DNA from: an uncultured virus (IMG/VR IMGVR_UViG_3300021431_000014)
Lineage: Duplodnaviria; Heunggongvirae; Uroviricota; Caudoviricetes
Direction: 5' to 3' (one strand)
Virus record (IMG/VR): IMGVR_UViG_3300021431_000014
DNA: 64,000 bases
Shown here piece by piece: positions 36,559-45,453 of this stretch; positions within the stretch are counted from its first letter, which is position 1; every line of letters begins with the position of its first letter. Under the pieces are notes generated by a model, which saw nothing but the letters and a program-made list of their open reading frames with translations, was not told where the DNA came from and did not search any database. The position numbers and the translations under genes were made by a program.

Positions 36559-37287
36559 ATGAAAAAAATGGTATGGTCAGATAGTTTGGGGGAACTGGTA
36601 ATTGCCAGCTTTACTTATAAGAAACACCGTTATGAATGGAATGATGTGGACTGTGTATATTATGATGAAACGGAAGGGGACGAAAGTTTCCTGATGGACG
36701 TACCAGAAAATGCTATTATTGATAATAAGGAGGAAAAAACAATGACACGTGAGGAGAAATTATTTAGCATGACAATGAAGGTTCTGGCTGGGGAAGCTGA
36801 AAAGCTCGGAGTTAAAATCAATAAGAAGGGTAAGAAAGAGGACGCCGTAAAGCGTATTCTTGACGCCGAAGCCGCTATTGCCGAGAAAGCAGTTGCCCCG
36901 GCAGAGGATGTAGAGGAAGTCACTGAAGACCCGACAGCGGAACACATTGTAGAGGTAGAAGTCACTGAAGAACCCGCTCCGAAGAAAGAGCGCAAGACAC
37001 GTACCAAGAAAACGTTTGAGAGCCTGCTGGCAGTTATCCCGGTAGTCATTCCGAATGTTAGCATTACTCCGAACGGAAAGAAGCGGAACGCCGTACATCT
37101 CCGCAATGCCCGCGGAACCAAGCGTATCTTCGGATATGACGGAGCAGTTATTGTAGTGAATAACGAAAAGTACCTCCACGGAGTAGTAGAGGTCGCCGCA
37201 GAAAAGCGGAACTACGGATATAGAGTAGAACCGACTGCTGCCAACATGGTTGCAATTCAGCGGAACTATGCCGCAACCTTAGCATAA
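36559..37287 (+). CDS. hypothetical protein with an internal in-frame start at 36742
   Basis: Near-identical AGGAGGAAAAAA(A)CAATG context at both starts; acidic linker. Confidence 0.65.
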   Translation: MKKMVWSDSLGELVIASFTYKKHRYEWNDVDCVYYDETEGDESFLMDVPENAIIDNKEEKTMTREEKLFSMTMKVLAGEAEKLGVKINKKGKKEDAVKRILDAEAAIAEKAVAPAEDVEEVTEDPTAEHIVEVEVTEEPAPKKERKTRTKKTFESLLAVIPVVIPNVSITPNGKKRNAVHLRNARGTKRIFGYDGAVIVVNNEKYLHGVVEVAAEKRNYGYRVEPTAANMVAIQRNYAATLA

Positions 37288-37658
37288 AATTTAGCAAGCG
37301 GGGCCCAGCGCCCCGCACACACTCTAAACACTCAAAAACAGGAGGAATAAATTATGAGATACACACTCAATATTATATCACCGTACGGTGGATATACGGA
37401 AAAAGTAGATAGCAAGCACACGGCGCTCCGTGTATTTGAGGAACTGAAGTCCAGCCTTGTATATGGTGAGCGGCTGGAAATGATTGACGGCGACCGAGTT
37501 ATCAAGGAGGTACGGAGATGATTGATAGATTATTAGATAGCATGTTGAATGTGCTCCTCTGGAATGAGGAGCACCACTTCTTTATTGATAATGTCATTAT
37601 GACCGTGATTATCGCTGTAACGGCAGTCCTCATGATGGGGACATGGATGTAAGGAGGA

Positions 37659-37856
37659 ATGAGCATGACCCAATATTTAGTGTATGATAGTAACGGCAGT
37701 CCCATGTTTTATGCGAACACACTGGAATTTGCAGTTGACCAAGCCCAGCGGTGTGGTGGATACTATAAAGAGGAGACAATGACGGAGACAGATGAAGAGT
37801 GGAAGCGACAGCCATCGGCATATGTTAACGACTGGGGAGGAATTGATTATGAGTAA
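37659..37856 (+). CDS. hypothetical protein
   Basis: AAGGAGG RBS. Confidence 0.5.
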   Translation: MSMTQYLVYDSNGSPMFYANTLEFAVDQAQRCGGYYKEETMTETDEEWKRQPSAYVNDWGGIDYE

Positions 37857-38058
37857 GAATACGGCAATGTGGCAGGGTAAAGATAAAGAGTGGGCTTGGT
37901 GGGCATTCAACGGATGGGTAGTCAATGATACAATCGGAGCATACGGCTGGAGCCCCGAAAAGACGGAGCATGAGATTAATAACGCCCATGTTATTATCAT
38001 GATGTGTATGGAGCAAGACCGTGGGGAGCACACTATCCCTACACCGTGTTATGAGTAG
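37849..38058 (+). CDS. hypothetical protein
   Basis: GGGAGG RBS. Confidence 0.55.
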   Translation: MSKNTAMWQGKDKEWAWWAFNGWVVNDTIGAYGWSPEKTEHEINNAHVIIMMCMEQDRGEHTIPTPCYE

Positions 38059-38100
38059 CAAGCGCAAGCGGGGCAGAATAGCTCCGCAAACGTCATATTG

Positions 38101-38170
38101 ACGTTTTAAGCGTGTTTTAGCTTGCTATGTTACAATTATACGATTGACAGCTAAAACACGCTTAAAACGT
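38101..38170. repeat. perfect 22-bp inverted repeat with a 26-bp spacer
   Basis: ACGTTTTAAGCGTGTTTTAGCT / AGCTAAAACACGCTTAAAACGT. Confidence 0.85.
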
Positions 38171-38243
38171 GTATTACAGCGTTTTAAACGCATATTTGAA
38201 CATAGCATAGCGCATAGTATGCTAAACAAGAAAGGAGAACACT

Positions 38244-38558
38244 ATGGGCATTGAGATTAGGACGAACCAGTTAAAACTGACGCTGGAGATATATCACGAC
38301 AGCGGAGATGGTGAGTACACGGAGACAGAACATATCTGGGTGAGGGATGAAACTGATAATAACACGACAGATGAGGACTGGGAGTACTGGCGCCAGCAAG
38401 TCAAGGAAGCAGTGGACGCCCATCTGAAGTACGCCAACGCAAGTGCGTACCGTATATTGCAGGAGATAGAGATACACGGCAAGGTGTACACCATTGACTT
38501 CCTGGCGGGTGATATCGTGAGGAAGCAGACGATAGAACGGACGGACGTTATAGATTGA
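38244..38558 (+). CDS. hypothetical acidic protein
   Basis: GAAAGGAG RBS. Confidence 0.65.
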   Translation: MGIEIRTNQLKLTLEIYHDSGDGEYTETEHIWVRDETDNNTTDEDWEYWRQQVKEAVDAHLKYANASAYRILQEIEIHGKVYTIDFLAGDIVRKQTIERTDVID

Positions 38559-38568
38559 CCATATTCAA

Positions 38569-38584
38569 TGTTTCACGTGAAACA
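38569..38584. promoter_or_regulatory. parS site 1
   Basis: TGTTTCACGTGAAACA matches the bacterial chromosomal parS consensus. Confidence 0.85.
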
Positions 38585-38609
38585 TTATGGGAAGGAGGTG
38601 ATTGACCCA

Positions 38610-38625
38610 TGTTTCACGTGAAACA
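38610..38625. promoter_or_regulatory. parS site 2
   Basis: TGTTTCACGTGAAACA. Confidence 0.85.
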
Positions 38626-38692
38626 TTTTTTTATTGCAACCTGTCGACCCAATGTGTTATACTTTGTTTAGAACAAGTGGAAAGGAGTGTAT

Positions 38693-38929
38693 ATGTACAT
38701 GGATGAGGAGGGTATGACTCTGGCGACGGAGATACTTCAGGAGTTGAAGGCAAGCGCACGGCGATGGTTTATTGCTTTTCTGATAATGCTCGGCATTGAG
38801 ATTGCGACAGTGGCTGGCTTTCTTTGGTATCTGTCATTGCCGGTGGATGAAACGGTGACGGTAGAGAACGAGGACGGCAATGCTAATTATGTTGGAGGGA
38901 ACGTGTCAGGCGATATCACGAACCAGTAA
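38693..38929 (+). CDS. single-pass membrane protein
   Basis: RRWFIAFLIMLGIEIATVAGFLWYL hydrophobic helix. Confidence 0.65.
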   Translation: MYMDEEGMTLATEILQELKASARRWFIAFLIMLGIEIATVAGFLWYLSLPVDETVTVENEDGNANYVGGNVSGDITNQ

Positions 38930-38934
38930 ACTCA

Positions 38935-38950
38935 TGTTTCACGTGAAACA
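38935..38950. promoter_or_regulatory. parS site 3
   Basis: TGTTTCACGTGAAACA. Confidence 0.85.
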
Positions 38951-39016
38951 TTAACTGCATAGGGGGACAAAGTATACGTCCCCTTATTTTATGTTATGGG
39001 AAAGGGGGTATTGCAT

Positions 39017-39070
39017 ATGGCGAGGGTAACGGTGCGTAAACGTCGAGGACGTCGAAGGAGGCATAGATAA
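39017..39070 (+). CDS. putative Arg-rich micropeptide (17 aa)
   Basis: AAAGGGGGT RBS, MARVTVRKRRGRRRRHR. Confidence 0.4.
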   Translation: MARVTVRKRRGRRRRHR

Positions 39071-39071
39071 A

Positions 39072-39422
39072 GTGTCCAAGATAATGAATACTGCCAGAAA
39101 GCTCCAGACTGCTATAAATCAACAGTCTGGGGCTAAGATAATGATAAATACAACCCAGTGGTATTCTGAAGAGGCAGGGCGTGCTATCACGTGCTATATC
39201 GTGAAACAAAGCACGACAGCGGACGGGGATGAAAAGAGATACAGACGGAACGTGGAACTGTTTAGCACATACTCCCAAGTCCAGCTGGTATTGTGGTTAC
39301 GTGATTATTACTATGAGTTAAACGGCTGGGAAGTGCCGACAGATAATGAACTATGGGAGAAGGTGAAACATGGGCGACAAACGGAAGCAGGAGACGCCAT
39401 CAGAATTGATGGAACGTCTTGA
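39072..39422 (+). CDS. hypothetical protein
   Basis: GTG start with AAGGAGG RBS. Confidence 0.65.
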   Translation: MSKIMNTARKLQTAINQQSGAKIMINTTQWYSEEAGRAITCYIVKQSTTADGDEKRYRRNVELFSTYSQVQLVLWLRDYYYELNGWEVPTDNELWEKVKHGRQTEAGDAIRIDGTS

Positions 39423-39837
39423 CCGAGTGACAACGGCAGACACGCCATTGACCCCTGCCGAACAAAGATTTTTAACTAGCTATATAAAGCATGGCAATGC
39501 CACTGAGGCTATGAAGGAAGCTGGCTATGAACTTGCTCCGAGTGCATATAAAAGCGCTGCCAGCAAGCTATTAGCACAACCAAACATAGCGGCAGAGGTC
39601 GAACGTGTTTTAGCGGAACTAAAAGCTAATACAATAGCGACAGCGCAAGAGGTCATGGGGTATTTTACTTCGGTTATGCGGGGTGAGATTAAAGACCAGT
39701 TTGGACTTGACGCTCCGTTATCAGAGAGAACACGTGCGGCACAGGAACTTGCCAAGCGTACTATAGACATTGAAAACAGACAAAAGGGCGAACCAGACCA
39801 GACACTGGAAATTAAACTTGACTGGTCGAGGCAATAA
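39370..39837 (+). CDS. terS: terminase small subunit
   Basis: LTPAEQRF...GNATEAMKEAGY...ASKLL, EVMGYFTSVMRGE, R.RAAQELAKR. Confidence 0.85.
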   Translation: MGDKRKQETPSELMERLDRVTTADTPLTPAEQRFLTSYIKHGNATEAMKEAGYELAPSAYKSAASKLLAQPNIAAEVERVLAELKANTIATAQEVMGYFTSVMRGEIKDQFGLDAPLSERTRAAQELAKRTIDIENRQKGEPDQTLEIKLDWSRQ

Positions 39838-39858
39838 AGTAAAGGAGGTTTACTAACT

Positions 39859-40074
39859 ATGATTACAAACAAAGAATGGTGGAAAGCGGCAGGGATTAGA
39901 GCAATCAAAACAGTAGCACAAACGGCAGTGGCTACCATCGGAACTTCCGCAGTCATTTCGGAAGTCAACTGGGTAATGGTAGCAAGTGCAAGCGCACTGG
40001 CAGGCATTTTATCACTGCTTACAAGTGTAGCCGGATTACCGGAGGTGGAAAATGAAAAGATTGAAGGGAATTGA
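39859..40074 (+). CDS. holin (r1t-type)
   Basis: WWKAAGIRAIKTVAQTAVA...SLLTSVAGLPEV. Confidence 0.9.
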   Translation: MITNKEWWKAAGIRAIKTVAQTAVATIGTSAVISEVNWVMVASASALAGILSLLTSVAGLPEVENEKIEGN

Positions 40075-41485
40075 TGTAAGTGAATGGCAGGATACGGGCT
40101 TGGATTATGCAACAATGGCAAAGAGTCTTGATTTTGTTATCTTGCGTGAAGGTTATCGTAAGACAATGGATAAAATGTTTTTAGCGCATGTTAGGGGATT
40201 TAGTAATGCTAATGTACCGATTCAAGGCGTTTATCATTTTATCTATGCACTGAATAACCAGCAGGCAAAGGAAGAAGCACTAAACTGTATTCAAAATGTA
40301 CAGGCGGCAGGTCTTCCGAAATCAACCTATATTTGGTGTGATTTTGAATATGATACTGTAGACAATGCTAAAAGAAAAGGCGTTAATCTTGGACCGAACG
40401 AGTGCAGATTATTCACAAAAACATTCTGTGATACCGTTAAAGCGGCGGGATATCCTACAGGTGTTTATACTAATTTAGACTATGCAAAAAATATGTACGG
40501 AGAAGCGTTCCTTGCTAATTATCCACTATGGTATGCTCAATATACAAGCGAACCGCTTATGAAATGCATGATTTGGCAATACAGTTCTAAAGGCAGAATC
40601 CCGGGATTCTGGGAAGATTTAGACATGGATTATCTTTATGTAGATGAAGAGTCTGTAAAGCCGGAAGAGGATACGTCTAATAAGATTAAAACTGAAGCAC
40701 AGGCAATCGACAAGGTACTTGCTATTGCCAATGCTGAAGTCGGGTATCATGAAAAAGCATCTGCCGCAAATCTTAATGATAAGACAGCTAATTCCGGAAG
40801 TAATAACTACACTAAATACAATAAGGAAATGCATCAAGTACAGCCGTCTAATATGGATTATCCTGCACCGTGGTGCGATTGTTTCGTTGATTGGTGTATG
40901 TATAAAGCGTTCGGATTAGAACTTGCACGAAAAGTGTTGTGCGGTACATTTGACGATTATACTGTATATTCTGCTAATATGTATAAACAGGCAGGAAGAT
41001 GGTCAACGACTGGACATAGAGGAGACCAAATTTTCTTCGCTAATTCATCCGGCATTTGTCATACAGGATTAGTTGAAAAGGTAGAAAACGGCATTGTTTA
41101 TACTATTGAGGGCAATGTTAAAGATGCAGTAAGAAAACGTCAATTCAATGTTAATGACAGTTATATAGCAGGGTACGGCAGACCTAAATATAATCTGGTT
41201 GTCGGAATTTCTGATAATGATGTAAAACCTGTAGAACCGTCTAAGCCGACAGTGATAAATAAAACTCCCCAATGGGTCGGTGAAGTGACAGCCGATGTTT
41301 TGAATGTCAGAACATGGGCCGGCACTGAATATCCTAATATTAAGAGTTGGCCTATACTGAAAAAGACCAATCTCGTTGATGTATGTGATACGATAAACGA
41401 TTCTAAAGGTAATCCTTGGTATTATATCAGAATCGCAGGTAAATATTACGGGTTTGTGAGTGCTAAATATATTAAACGAGTATGA
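40052..41485 (+). CDS. endolysin: GH25 muramidase + CHAP + SH3b
   Basis: GIDVSEWQ, DFE, WQYSSKG, DMD; PWCDCFVDW, HTGLV, TIEGN; LNVR...WY...GFVSAKYI. Confidence 0.9.
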   Translation: MKRLKGIDVSEWQDTGLDYATMAKSLDFVILREGYRKTMDKMFLAHVRGFSNANVPIQGVYHFIYALNNQQAKEEALNCIQNVQAAGLPKSTYIWCDFEYDTVDNAKRKGVNLGPNECRLFTKTFCDTVKAAGYPTGVYTNLDYAKNMYGEAFLANYPLWYAQYTSEPLMKCMIWQYSSKGRIPGFWEDLDMDYLYVDEESVKPEEDTSNKIKTEAQAIDKVLAIANAEVGYHEKASAANLNDKTANSGSNNYTKYNKEMHQVQPSNMDYPAPWCDCFVDWCMYKAFGLELARKVLCGTFDDYTVYSANMYKQAGRWSTTGHRGDQIFFANSSGICHTGLVEKVENGIVYTIEGNVKDAVRKRQFNVNDSYIAGYGRPKYNLVVGISDNDVKPVEPSKPTVINKTPQWVGEVTADVLNVRTWAGTEYPNIKSWPILKKTNLVDVCDTINDSKGNPWYYIRIAGKYYGFVSAKYIKRV

Positions 41486-42795
41486 GTAATATAAATATAT
41501 CGTTACAAGATTGTATAATACCGATGTATGACACAGTATTACAAGACGTTTTGGAACATGAACATACACACTATGTTTTTCCCGGAGGTCGAGGTAGTAC
41601 AAAATCGTCATTTGCGGGGGGCATTTGTGTCCCCCTGCTTATAATGCAAAATCCCATGTGTCATGCAATCTGTTTTCGTAAAGTAGCAAACACAATACAA
41701 AACAGTATATTTTCACAGGTGGTGTGGGGTATATATCAAATGGGAGTAGAATCATTATTTAAAATTCCTAAAACATATGCTACCCCAATAACGTATATAC
41801 CCACTGGACAAAAAATATATTTTATGGGACTTGATGACCCCATGAAAGTAAAGTCCATAAAGCCGCCATTCGGTTATCTTGGAATTACGTGGTTTGAAGA
41901 ATTAGACCAGTTTAGTGGAGAGAACGAATTACGTACTGTTACTCAGTCCACTATGCGTGGTGGTGATAAATTCTGGGATTTCAGAACATTCAACCCTCCG
42001 ATAAGTAAAAATAATTGGGCTAACGAATATACGGATGATTGCGAAGCATTTAGACAGGATACCACACTTGTAGTAAGAAACACATATTTGGATGTGCCGG
42101 AAGATTGGTTAGGGCCACAGTTCATAGAAGAAGCAGAAGACTTAAAAACAATAAATCCAAAAGCGTATCAGCACGAATATTTAGGAGTTCCGACAGGTAC
42201 TGGTGGCGATGTATTTCAAAATGTTGTTGATATGGATATGAATGAACCCACGCCTGTATTTGATGGATATGGAAATACAACTAAAATTGTACATAAATGG
42301 GAAACGTTTGACCATATTTATAATGGATTGGACTGGGGATTTGCTAAAGACCCACTTCAATTTGTTCGATGCCATTTTGATAGAAATCACCTCGACCTTT
42401 ATATTTTTGATGAGTTTAGAACGGGTAAATGTAGAAATAAAGTTGTTTTTGATATATTATATGAAGAGAAGAAAAAATTAAGTAAAGAAGATTTACTAAT
42501 TGCTGATAGTGCTGAACCTAAATCTATCATGGACTTCAAATCTTACGGAGCATTTATACGAGGTGCTTTAAAAGGCCCAGACAGTGTTCGATACGGTATA
42601 AAATGGTTGCAAGGCTTAAACCATATTTATATTGATAAGAGAAGATGCCCTCATGCATTTAGAGAATTTACTCAATATGAATATGAACAAGATAAAGACG
42701 GCAATTTCATTTCTGCATATCCAGATATAGATAACCACGCTATTGATGCAGTTCGTTATGCAATGGAGAAATATGCTAATAGGAGAGGTAACTAA
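41482..42795 (+). CDS. terL: terminase large subunit (PBSX-type)
   Basis: GGRGSTKS, WFEE, FNPP, GLDWGF..DP, ADSAEPK, DNHAIDAVRY. Confidence 0.95.
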   Translation: MSNINISLQDCIIPMYDTVLQDVLEHEHTHYVFPGGRGSTKSSFAGGICVPLLIMQNPMCHAICFRKVANTIQNSIFSQVVWGIYQMGVESLFKIPKTYATPITYIPTGQKIYFMGLDDPMKVKSIKPPFGYLGITWFEELDQFSGENELRTVTQSTMRGGDKFWDFRTFNPPISKNNWANEYTDDCEAFRQDTTLVVRNTYLDVPEDWLGPQFIEEAEDLKTINPKAYQHEYLGVPTGTGGDVFQNVVDMDMNEPTPVFDGYGNTTKIVHKWETFDHIYNGLDWGFAKDPLQFVRCHFDRNHLDLYIFDEFRTGKCRNKVVFDILYEEKKKLSKEDLLIADSAEPKSIMDFKSYGAFIRGALKGPDSVRYGIKWLQGLNHIYIDKRRCPHAFREFTQYEYEQDKDGNFISAYPDIDNHAIDAVRYAMEKYANRRGN

Positions 42796-43445
42796 TGCAT
42801 TATGATAGAGGAAAAAATCAAACACGTATATTAGAACAAAATGTACACAATCTTGTATACGCTGAATTTATGGGTGTTGGTGATTACGATATTCCCGAAA
42901 TGTATCCCGTTCATATAGACAATCTGAAAGATATACCACTACAGGGTTTTAACTACGCATTAAAAGAATCTCATCCTGAAAATATTGGTGTTCATTTCTT
43001 TTTACATGATTATCAATTTGAACGTGTATGGAAATATCCAGATAGATATACTGAGTGTTTATCTAAATTTGCATTTGTTTTATCACCTGATTTTTCACCG
43101 TATGCTGATATTCCCAAAGCATTGAAGATATTTAATGTATATCGTAAAATGTGGTGCGGGAGATATTGGCAAGAACATGGGATGCAAGTTATTCCAACTA
43201 TTACTTGGGGTAATGACGAAGATTTAGAGTGGTGTCTTGATGGTGTTCCAAAAAATAGTACAATAGCTATATCTACTATGGGGGAAGGTAGATGGGCAAA
43301 TTTTAAAGCATTAAAATCTAATTGGAATTATATACTTGATAAATTAGAACCAGAAACCATTTTGTTGTATGGTAAAGATATATCAAGTGAACTAACGGGT
43401 AATATTGTGTTTAAAAAATTGATAAATACTAAGGTGGCAATATAA
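42795..43445 (+). CDS. DUF4417-domain protein
   Basis: VHFFLHDYQFER.W, SPDFS.Y.D.P, G..VIPTITW. Confidence 0.8.
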   Translation: MHYDRGKNQTRILEQNVHNLVYAEFMGVGDYDIPEMYPVHIDNLKDIPLQGFNYALKESHPENIGVHFFLHDYQFERVWKYPDRYTECLSKFAFVLSPDFSPYADIPKALKIFNVYRKMWCGRYWQEHGMQVIPTITWGNDEDLEWCLDGVPKNSTIAISTMGEGRWANFKALKSNWNYILDKLEPETILLYGKDISSELTGNIVFKKLINTKVAI

Positions 43446-43744
43446 TGTCGAAATATAAATATGGTTGGGATAGTTCTGCTAAGAAAAAAGTATATATGGG
43501 AAAATACGGAAATGGCGATGCAGGAACACCTAGATATTTTAAAGGTGCAGATGCAGGAACTTCTAGGCAAGCTGGCGCTAATGAAGCAATATCATTTAAA
43601 AGAGAATTTATAGGTTCTGGAACTCAAGAATATCCTTTTTATTCGGATACTAAAGGCGTACTAGTAGTACGTGCCGAGTCCTATGAAGAAGCTTGGAGAA
43701 TTGCTAAAGCAAGAGGCTATAGTCGTAGAAGATATAAGAGGTAA
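43445..43744 (+). CDS. hypothetical basic protein
   Basis: 99-aa Gly/Lys/Arg-rich ORF. Confidence 0.6.
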   Translation: MSKYKYGWDSSAKKKVYMGKYGNGDAGTPRYFKGADAGTSRQAGANEAISFKREFIGSGTQEYPFYSDTKGVLVVRAESYEEAWRIAKARGYSRRRYKR

Positions 43745-43750
43745 GTAATT

Positions 43751-45442
43751 ATGTCTATGTGGGGTAACCTAGTATCAAAGTTAAAGGAGTTAATACGTAA
43801 TATGATTGGAAGTAGAACCATTCAAAATGAATTGCACGTATCATATGCTATCTCGCCGAAAATGGAAACTGCCATTCAGACTTGGACAAATCTATATTTG
43901 AACAAAGCTGAATGGTTACACGAACCGGATGAAGATAATCCGACAAGAGTTGTTTCTTTAGGACTTCCGGCTATGATAGCAAGTGAAAAAGCACGAACAG
44001 CATTATTAGAGTTAGAATCTGAAATAACTCCGATAACAGAAGAAAAAGAAGTTCCTAATCCAGATTATCCGGGTGAGATGCAATTCACTGACGGGCCGGA
44101 CGGTGAAAAAATACCTTTACCTACAACTACGCAACCGGAAACAATCATAGAAGAACATACTGTGGGTGATACTTCTAGGGCTGAGTTTTTGGAGAGTCAG
44201 TATAAGAAATTAAAGAAACAGTTACGAAAACAAATAGAGTACGGCATTGCAAAAGGCGGCCTTGTTATTAAACCCTATATCGTGACAAGTAAAGAAGAAA
44301 ATACTGAAGGTGAAAACAGTCTTAATGCAGATTTAGTACCGACAACCGAAATAGAATTTGATTTCATTCAAGCCGATTCTTTTTACCCTCTCGCATTTGA
44401 CGCATCCGGAAGAATTACAGAAGCCGCATTTGTACAATCTAAGGTAGAAAGAAATCAAATTTATAGAAGACTTGAATATCATAAATGGGAAAATAATACC
44501 GTAACAGTAATCAATAAAGCCTATAAATCTAACAATGTTAGAAATAATGGTGATGTTGATAATGTTGATTTAGGTGAGGAGATAGCTTTAACAGAAGTAC
44601 CGGAATGGAAAGACTTAGAGCCGAAAACAACAATTAAAAATGTAACGAAACCGTTATTCGGTTATTTTAAAATGCCAGAAGCAAATACTATTGACCCGAC
44701 AAGTCCTCTAGGTGTATCTGGATTTAGTAGGGCTGTATCACTTATTAAAGACGCTGATTTACAGTACAGTAGACTTCTTTGGGAATATGAAGCCGGTGAA
44801 ATGGCTATTGATATTGACCGAGATGCTTTAAGACAGGAAACAGATGCTTACGGAAATGCTATATCAAAGCCTAGTATGTTACAACAAAGATTATTCCGAA
44901 AGGTAGACTTAGGAACTGATTCTGATACATATAATCCGTTTACTCCGTCTTTACGTGATACAAATTATATTCAAGGTCTTAATACTATTCTTATGAGAAT
45001 AGAAGACGTTTGCGGTATTAGTAGAGGAACCCTATCTGATAGTGCCGATGTAGCTAGAACAGCAACCGAGTTAAAGATACTAAAACAACGTTCTTATCAA
45101 ACAAATGCAGATATTCAGCAAGCTATAGAAAACGCTATAAGAGATGTTATCTATGTGATGAATGTTTATGCTACATTATATGAAATCACTCCCGAAGGTG
45201 AGTACGAAGTAAACTTCGAATGGGATGATAGTATTATAGTAGATATAGATGAGGAAATAAATAAACGTATTACTTTAATGCAGAACGGTCTGTCCTCTAA
45301 ACTGGAATTACGTATGTGGTATTTCGGAGAAACAGAAAAGCAGGCAAGAGAAGCATTAGCAAAAATTGATGAGGAAAATCAAAGGACTATGGAATCTGAA
45401 ATGATGTCACAAGCATCAAGATTCGGCAATGCCGCAACATAA
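43751..45442 (+). CDS. portal protein (A118-type)
   Basis: IEYGIAKGGLVIKPY, ANTIDPTSPLGVS, YSRLLWEY, FEWDDSI; follows terL. Confidence 0.9.
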   Translation: MSMWGNLVSKLKELIRNMIGSRTIQNELHVSYAISPKMETAIQTWTNLYLNKAEWLHEPDEDNPTRVVSLGLPAMIASEKARTALLELESEITPITEEKEVPNPDYPGEMQFTDGPDGEKIPLPTTTQPETIIEEHTVGDTSRAEFLESQYKKLKKQLRKQIEYGIAKGGLVIKPYIVTSKEENTEGENSLNADLVPTTEIEFDFIQADSFYPLAFDASGRITEAAFVQSKVERNQIYRRLEYHKWENNTVTVINKAYKSNNVRNNGDVDNVDLGEEIALTEVPEWKDLEPKTTIKNVTKPLFGYFKMPEANTIDPTSPLGVSGFSRAVSLIKDADLQYSRLLWEYEAGEMAIDIDRDALRQETDAYGNAISKPSMLQQRLFRKVDLGTDSDTYNPFTPSLRDTNYIQGLNTILMRIEDVCGISRGTLSDSADVARTATELKILKQRSYQTNADIQQAIENAIRDVIYVMNVYATLYEITPEGEYEVNFEWDDSIIVDIDEEINKRITLMQNGLSSKLELRMWYFGETEKQAREALAKIDEENQRTMESEMMSQASRFGNAAT

Positions 45443-45453
45443 GGATATAAGTT

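Noticed and set aside
38592..38671. 20-codon ORF starting in parS site 2 behind a perfect AAGGAGGTGAT
   Set aside because: Too short and made largely of the palindrome and T-tract; no independent support
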